From NCBI GenBank assembly GCA_009914615.1, contig WNDX01000002.1, forward strand, positions 18,533 through 82,532: a stretch of DNA of 64,000 nucleotides, given 5' to 3'. The notes beneath the pieces are model-generated. The model saw only the letters and a program-made list of their open reading frames with translations. It did no database searches and was not told where the DNA came from. Source of the DNA: Herbaspirillum frisingense. GTDB taxonomy: Bacteria; Pseudomonadota; Gammaproteobacteria; Burkholderiales; Burkholderiaceae_D. A program made the translations under genes and the position numbers. Below are positions 60,576 to 64,000 of this stretch, one piece after another (the first letter of the stretch is position 1; each line of letters begins with the position of its first letter).

Positions 60576-61007
60576 ATGAGCCTGGCCCTGACCGACGTTT
60601 TCCCGCAGGGGAATCCCTATCTGCATTCGCTGGGCGTGCAGGTGCTGGAATACGAGGATGACCGCGCCGTGATGGCGCTGCTGCTCAAGCCCGAATTCAT
60701 GAACAGTTGGCACGTGGCGCAAGGCGGCATCTCGATGACGTTGATGGACGTGGCCATGGGCCTGGCCGCGCGCGCCGGCACCGATGCCAAGTCCTCAGCC
60801 ACGGTGGAGATGAGCAGCAGCTTCCTGCAACCGGCTGGCCATGCCGGCGACACCCTGGTGGCGCGCGGGCATACCTATCACCGCTCGACCACGCTGTGCT
60901 TCTGCCAGGCCGAACTGTGGAACGGCGAGCGGCTGGTGGCCAAGGCCATGGGCACGTTCAAGCTGGTGCGCCGGCTGGACATCAACAAAAAGCTCGACCA
61001 CGAATAA
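60576..61007 (+). CDS. PaaI-family thioesterase
   Basis: MNSWHVAQGG...MDVAMG hotdog motif. Confidence 0.88.
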   Translation: MSLALTDVFPQGNPYLHSLGVQVLEYEDDRAVMALLLKPEFMNSWHVAQGGISMTLMDVAMGLAARAGTDAKSSATVEMSSSFLQPAGHAGDTLVARGHTYHRSTTLCFCQAELWNGERLVAKAMGTFKLVRRLDINKKLDHE

Positions 61008-61041
61008 GCCCAGGCAAACGCAAGCAAAAGGACGACATCAG

Positions 61042-61461
61042 ATGAAAATCATCGTGGGCAATTGGGAAGCGCTGCGCGGCCATGCGCAGCCGATTCGTTT
61101 CGAAGTCTTCGTGGACGAACAGAAGGTGCTGGCCGAGATTGAGCTGGACGAGATGGATGCGGTCTGCGTGCATGCCGTGGCGTATGCCGAAGACGGTTCG
61201 CCGCTGGCCACCGGTCGCCTGCTGCCGGACGGGCACGTGGGCCGCATGGCGGTGCTGAAGGCGGGGCGCGGCAAGGGCGTGGGCGGCGCGGTGCTGCAAG
61301 CGCTGATCAAGGCGGCGCGCGAGCGCGGCGACAAGGAAGTGATCCTCAACGCCCAGACACACGCCGAGAAGTTCTACGCCGCGCACGGCTTCGCGCGCGA
61401 AGGCGACGAATTCATGGAAGCGGGCATTCCCCACATCACCATGCGCGCCAGCCTGGCGTAA
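61042..61461 (+). CDS. GNAT N-acetyltransferase (ElaA/YjcF-like)
   Basis: IRFEVFVDEQ, GRMAV...RGKGVG, NAQTHA and GIPH motifs. Confidence 0.9.
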   Translation: MKIIVGNWEALRGHAQPIRFEVFVDEQKVLAEIELDEMDAVCVHAVAYAEDGSPLATGRLLPDGHVGRMAVLKAGRGKGVGGAVLQALIKAARERGDKEVILNAQTHAEKFYAAHGFAREGDEFMEAGIPHITMRASLA

Positions 61462-61554
61462 GCATCAGGCCTCGGGCCGCGGCGCGCCGGCGTCGCCGGC
61501 CTGCTGCCGCAATCCGGCCGGCGGGCGGGCGCAGACCCGGCCGCCGTTTTCCAT

Positions 61555-63165
61555 TCAGCGCTTGATATCGCGTTCCAGCGGCACGCCGTCCGCGTGGGCG
61601 GCATTGGCCGCACTGGCGGTTTCATCGAGGCGGAAGTAGCAGAGCTGGGCGCCGAGTTCGCGCGCGTGCTCGGCCACCAGTTCGGCGGTCGAGGCCAGTT
61701 CTTCCGAGGCGGCGGCGTTGCGCTGCGTGGTTTCGTTCAACTGCACCACGGCCACGCCGATTTCCTGCACGCCTTCTTCCTGCATGGTGGAGGACAGGGT
61801 GATCTGGTTGATCTGCAGCGACGCCTGGCGGATGCTGTGCAGCGTGCCTTCGACCAGACGCTGGCTGGTTTCCTCGGCCATGTTCACGCTTCGCTCGGCG
61901 ATCTCGCTGATCTCGCGCGCACTGTCCTGGCTGCGCTCGGCCAACTTGCGGATTTCCGCCGCCACCACCGAGAAGCCGCGGCCGTTCTCGCCGGCGCGCG
62001 CGGCTTCGATGGCGGCGTTCAGTGCCAGCAGGTTGGTCTGGTACGCGATGTCGTCGATCACGCCGACCTGGCGCGCGATACCGCGCATGGCCGAGACCGT
62101 GGATTGCACCGCGGCGCCGCTCTTGTCGGCATCGGCCGCGGCGGCCACCGCGATCTGGTCGGTGCGGCGCGCGTGCTCGCCGGTTTCCTGGATCGCCATG
62201 CTCATGCTGGCGATGGCGCCGTGCACTTCTTCCACGGCGGCGGCCTGTTCGCTGGAGGCTTGCGCCAGCGCGTGAGCAGTGGCGTTGAGCTGGCGCGAGG
62301 AGTTGCCCAGCGACTGGGTGGACAGGGTGACGCTGCGCATGATGACGGTCAGGCGGCCGCGCATGGAATGCATGGCATGCAGCAGGCTGCTGTCATCGTT
62401 GCGGCGCAGGCGCACGTCGATGCCGAGATTGCCGTCGGCGATCTGGCGCACGATGTGCGCGGCGTAGCCCGGCTCGCCGCCCAGTTCGCGGCGCAGGCCG
62501 ATGATGATCCACAGCGCCAGGGCGATGCCCACCAGCAGGCTGGCGCCGGCGATCTGCAGGTTGTGCGTGCGCAGCCGCCCGTATTCGGCACGGGCGTCGT
62601 CATAGGCGATGCGGGTGAGTTGTTCCTGCAGTTGGCCCAGCGTCGCCAGTTGCGAGGCCAGGGTGGCCAGCAGCGGGGTGGTTTCCGGCCACATCTGGTT
62701 GGCTTCCGACACTTGCGCCGAGGCGATCAGTTCGGCGATCCGGCTGCGTTGTTGCAGGTAGCGCTTCCAGCTTTGTTCGAATTGCGCCGCGCCGGCGCTT
62801 TCTTCCTCCGACATGCGGGTGTCGGTGTAGGCCTTCCAGCTTTGCTCGAAGGAGGCGTCCAGGCCCTTCAACTGGCCCAGGAGCTGCGGGATCTGCTGCT
62901 GCGGCGTGGCGCCGTCGCGCACCGGGCTGTCTTGCACGTTGGCCAACATCAGGGCGCGTCCCATGACGTCGCGGTTACGGTAGAGCGCGTCGCGCACCCG
63001 GGAGATCTGGATCAGGGCCAGGGTCCGGTCTTCATAGACGAACTTGAGCTTTTCATTGCTGGAGGCCATGCCCAGCGTGCCATACCACGCCACCACCACC
63101 ACGCTGGCGCACAGCACCGCCACCAGGATCGCCAGGCGCGCGGTGACCGTCAGTTTCCCTTGCAC
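61555..63165 (-). CDS. Methyl-accepting chemotaxis protein (Tar-like four-helix sensor domain)
   Basis: Two TM segments, a HAMP-like region and [37 protein letters not shown]. Confidence 0.95.
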   Translation of the reverse strand: MQGKLTVTARLAILVAVLCASVVVVAWYGTLGMASSNEKLKFVYEDRTLALIQISRVRDALYRNRDVMGRALMLANVQDSPVRDGATPQQQIPQLLGQLKGLDASFEQSWKAYTDTRMSEEESAGAAQFEQSWKRYLQQRSRIAELIASAQVSEANQMWPETTPLLATLASQLATLGQLQEQLTRIAYDDARAEYGRLRTHNLQIAGASLLVGIALALWIIIGLRRELGGEPGYAAHIVRQIADGNLGIDVRLRRNDDSSLLHAMHSMRGRLTVIMRSVTLSTQSLGNSSRQLNATAHALAQASSEQAAAVEEVHGAIASMSMAIQETGEHARRTDQIAVAAAADADKSGAAVQSTVSAMRGIARQVGVIDDIAYQTNLLALNAAIEAARAGENGRGFSVVAAEIRKLAERSQDSAREISEIAERSVNMAEETSQRLVEGTLHSIRQASLQINQITLSSTMQEEGVQEIGVAVVQLNETTQRNAAASEELASTAELVAEHARELGAQLCYFRLDETASAANAAHADGVPLERDIKR

Positions 63166-63212
63166 AATATTTTCCTTGTTATTGCTTCCCTCAGCTTTGC
63201 ACTATAGCGAAT

Positions 63213-63239
63213 TTATCGGCGCGCCTAACGTGGAATAGA
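63213..63239 (-). promoter_or_regulatory. Sigma28 (FliA)-type promoter of the MCP
   Basis: Exact -10 GCCGATAA at 63220-63213; weaker -35 TCTA at the N15 position. Confidence 0.6.
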
Positions 63240-63459
63240 GGTGGTTGCGCCCTCTGTTTCCGGTCCGATGTGGTTTCCCACAATACCGATGCCCAATCGT
63301 CTGGTTCATACTTGCGCCCGAACCGGGGAGGGGGAGCCTCCCGGACGACAATAAGCCTGAGCGGGCGGCGATCCGCACAAGGCCGGCGGTTTGCCCTGGC
63401 GCCCAAGCGCCGTATCCACACAGGGGCAGGCTGGAGATTGATGTTTATGGAGAATGAAA

Positions 63460-64000
63460 ATGACGGCGAAACAGCCCATTTATAAATCGCTTTACTTCCA
63501 GGTTCTGGTTGCCATCGTCATCGGTGTGCTGCTGGGCCATTTCTACCCATCCACCGGCGAGGCCATGAAGCCGCTTGGCGACGGCTTCGTCAAACTGATC
63601 AAGATGATCATCGCCCCGGTCATCTTCTGCACCGTGGTCACCGGCATCGCCGGCATGGAAGACATGAAGAAGGTCGGCAAGACCGGCGGCCTGGCGCTGC
63701 TGTACTTCGAAGTGGTCAGCACCCTGGCGCTGATCATCGGCCTGGTGCTGGTCAACGTGCTCAAGCCGGGCGTCGGCATGAACGTCGATCCGGCCTCGCT
63801 GGACACCAAGAGCATCGCCTCCTACACCGCGCCCGGCAAGCTGGGTTCGGTCACCGACTTCGTGCTGAGCATCATCCCCAACAGCATGGTGGACGCCTTC
63901 GCCAAGGGCGACGTGCTGCAGGTGCTGCTGGTGGCGGTGCTGTTCGGCTTCGCGCTGCATAAGTTCGGCGGCCGCGGCACCCTGATCTTCGACTTCATCG
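63460..64000 (+). CDS. dctA: C4-dicarboxylate transporter DctA (3'-truncated by window edge)
   Basis: [22 protein letters not shown]...[29 protein letters not shown]...KVGKTG. Confidence 0.95.
   Translation, partial: MTAKQPIYKSLYFQVLVAIVIGVLLGHFYPSTGEAMKPLGDGFVKLIKMIIAPVIFCTVVTGIAGMEDMKKVGKTGGLALLYFEVVSTLALIIGLVLVNVLKPGVGMNVDPASLDTKSIASYTAPGKLGSVTDFVLSIIPNSMVDAFAKGDVLQVLLVAVLFGFALHKFGGRGTLIFDFI

Noticed and set aside
63269-63400. Possible DctD-type sites (TGTGG-N4-CCACA; GGGCGGCGATCCGCACA) and a sigma54 promoter for dctA
   Set aside because: No properly spaced GG-N10-GC element found; resemblance to a DctD consensus rests on my recall and is unverified.

Overview
High-GC chromosomal window, probably from a Burkholderiales betaproteobacterium (inferred from protein style). 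I saw no rRNA, tRNA, CRISPR, transposase or integrase. Layout: (1) 1-11.2 kb: housekeeping and stress genes (thioesterase, hydratase, MOSC protein, orphan LivK-type binding protein, histone-H1-like protein, galU, pgm) and four small hydrophilic ORFs, two of them absent from the ORF track. (2) 11.3-34.8 kb: a cobalamin-riboswitch-led operon of about 20 genes. It mixes early-cobalt genes (cbiX-cbiC fusion, cbiD, cbiG, CbiW-like ferredoxin) with the late chelatase set (CobN with a 39-His insert, a ChlI/D fusion, a cysteine-free CobW) and bluB. (3) 34.8-47.9 kb: a permease-fused hybrid sensor kinase and a LuxR-type response regulator, divergent from urtABCDE-like transporter genes, amiE, fmdA and fmdB. 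Two copies of a TACGTCA-AA-TGACGTA palindrome lie between them. (4) 47.9-54.4 kb: LysR, an in-frame MFS::outer-membrane-factor deletion chimera, an HDOD protein, a DUF3141-like hydrolase with a histone-like tail, and TauE. (5) 54.6-60.2 kb: phnDCE, an iron-type alcohol dehydrogenase and phnX with no phnW, plus a divergent LysR; this is a candidate 2-hydroxyethylphosphonate catabolic operon. (6) 60.2-64 kb: Dabb, PaaI, GNAT, an MCP and the start of dctA. The best candidates for under-described systems are the transporter-like amide-sensing kinase with its operator, the phosphonate operon, and the altered cobalt-handling set. Family assignments come from motif recognition by eye; no database searches were run.
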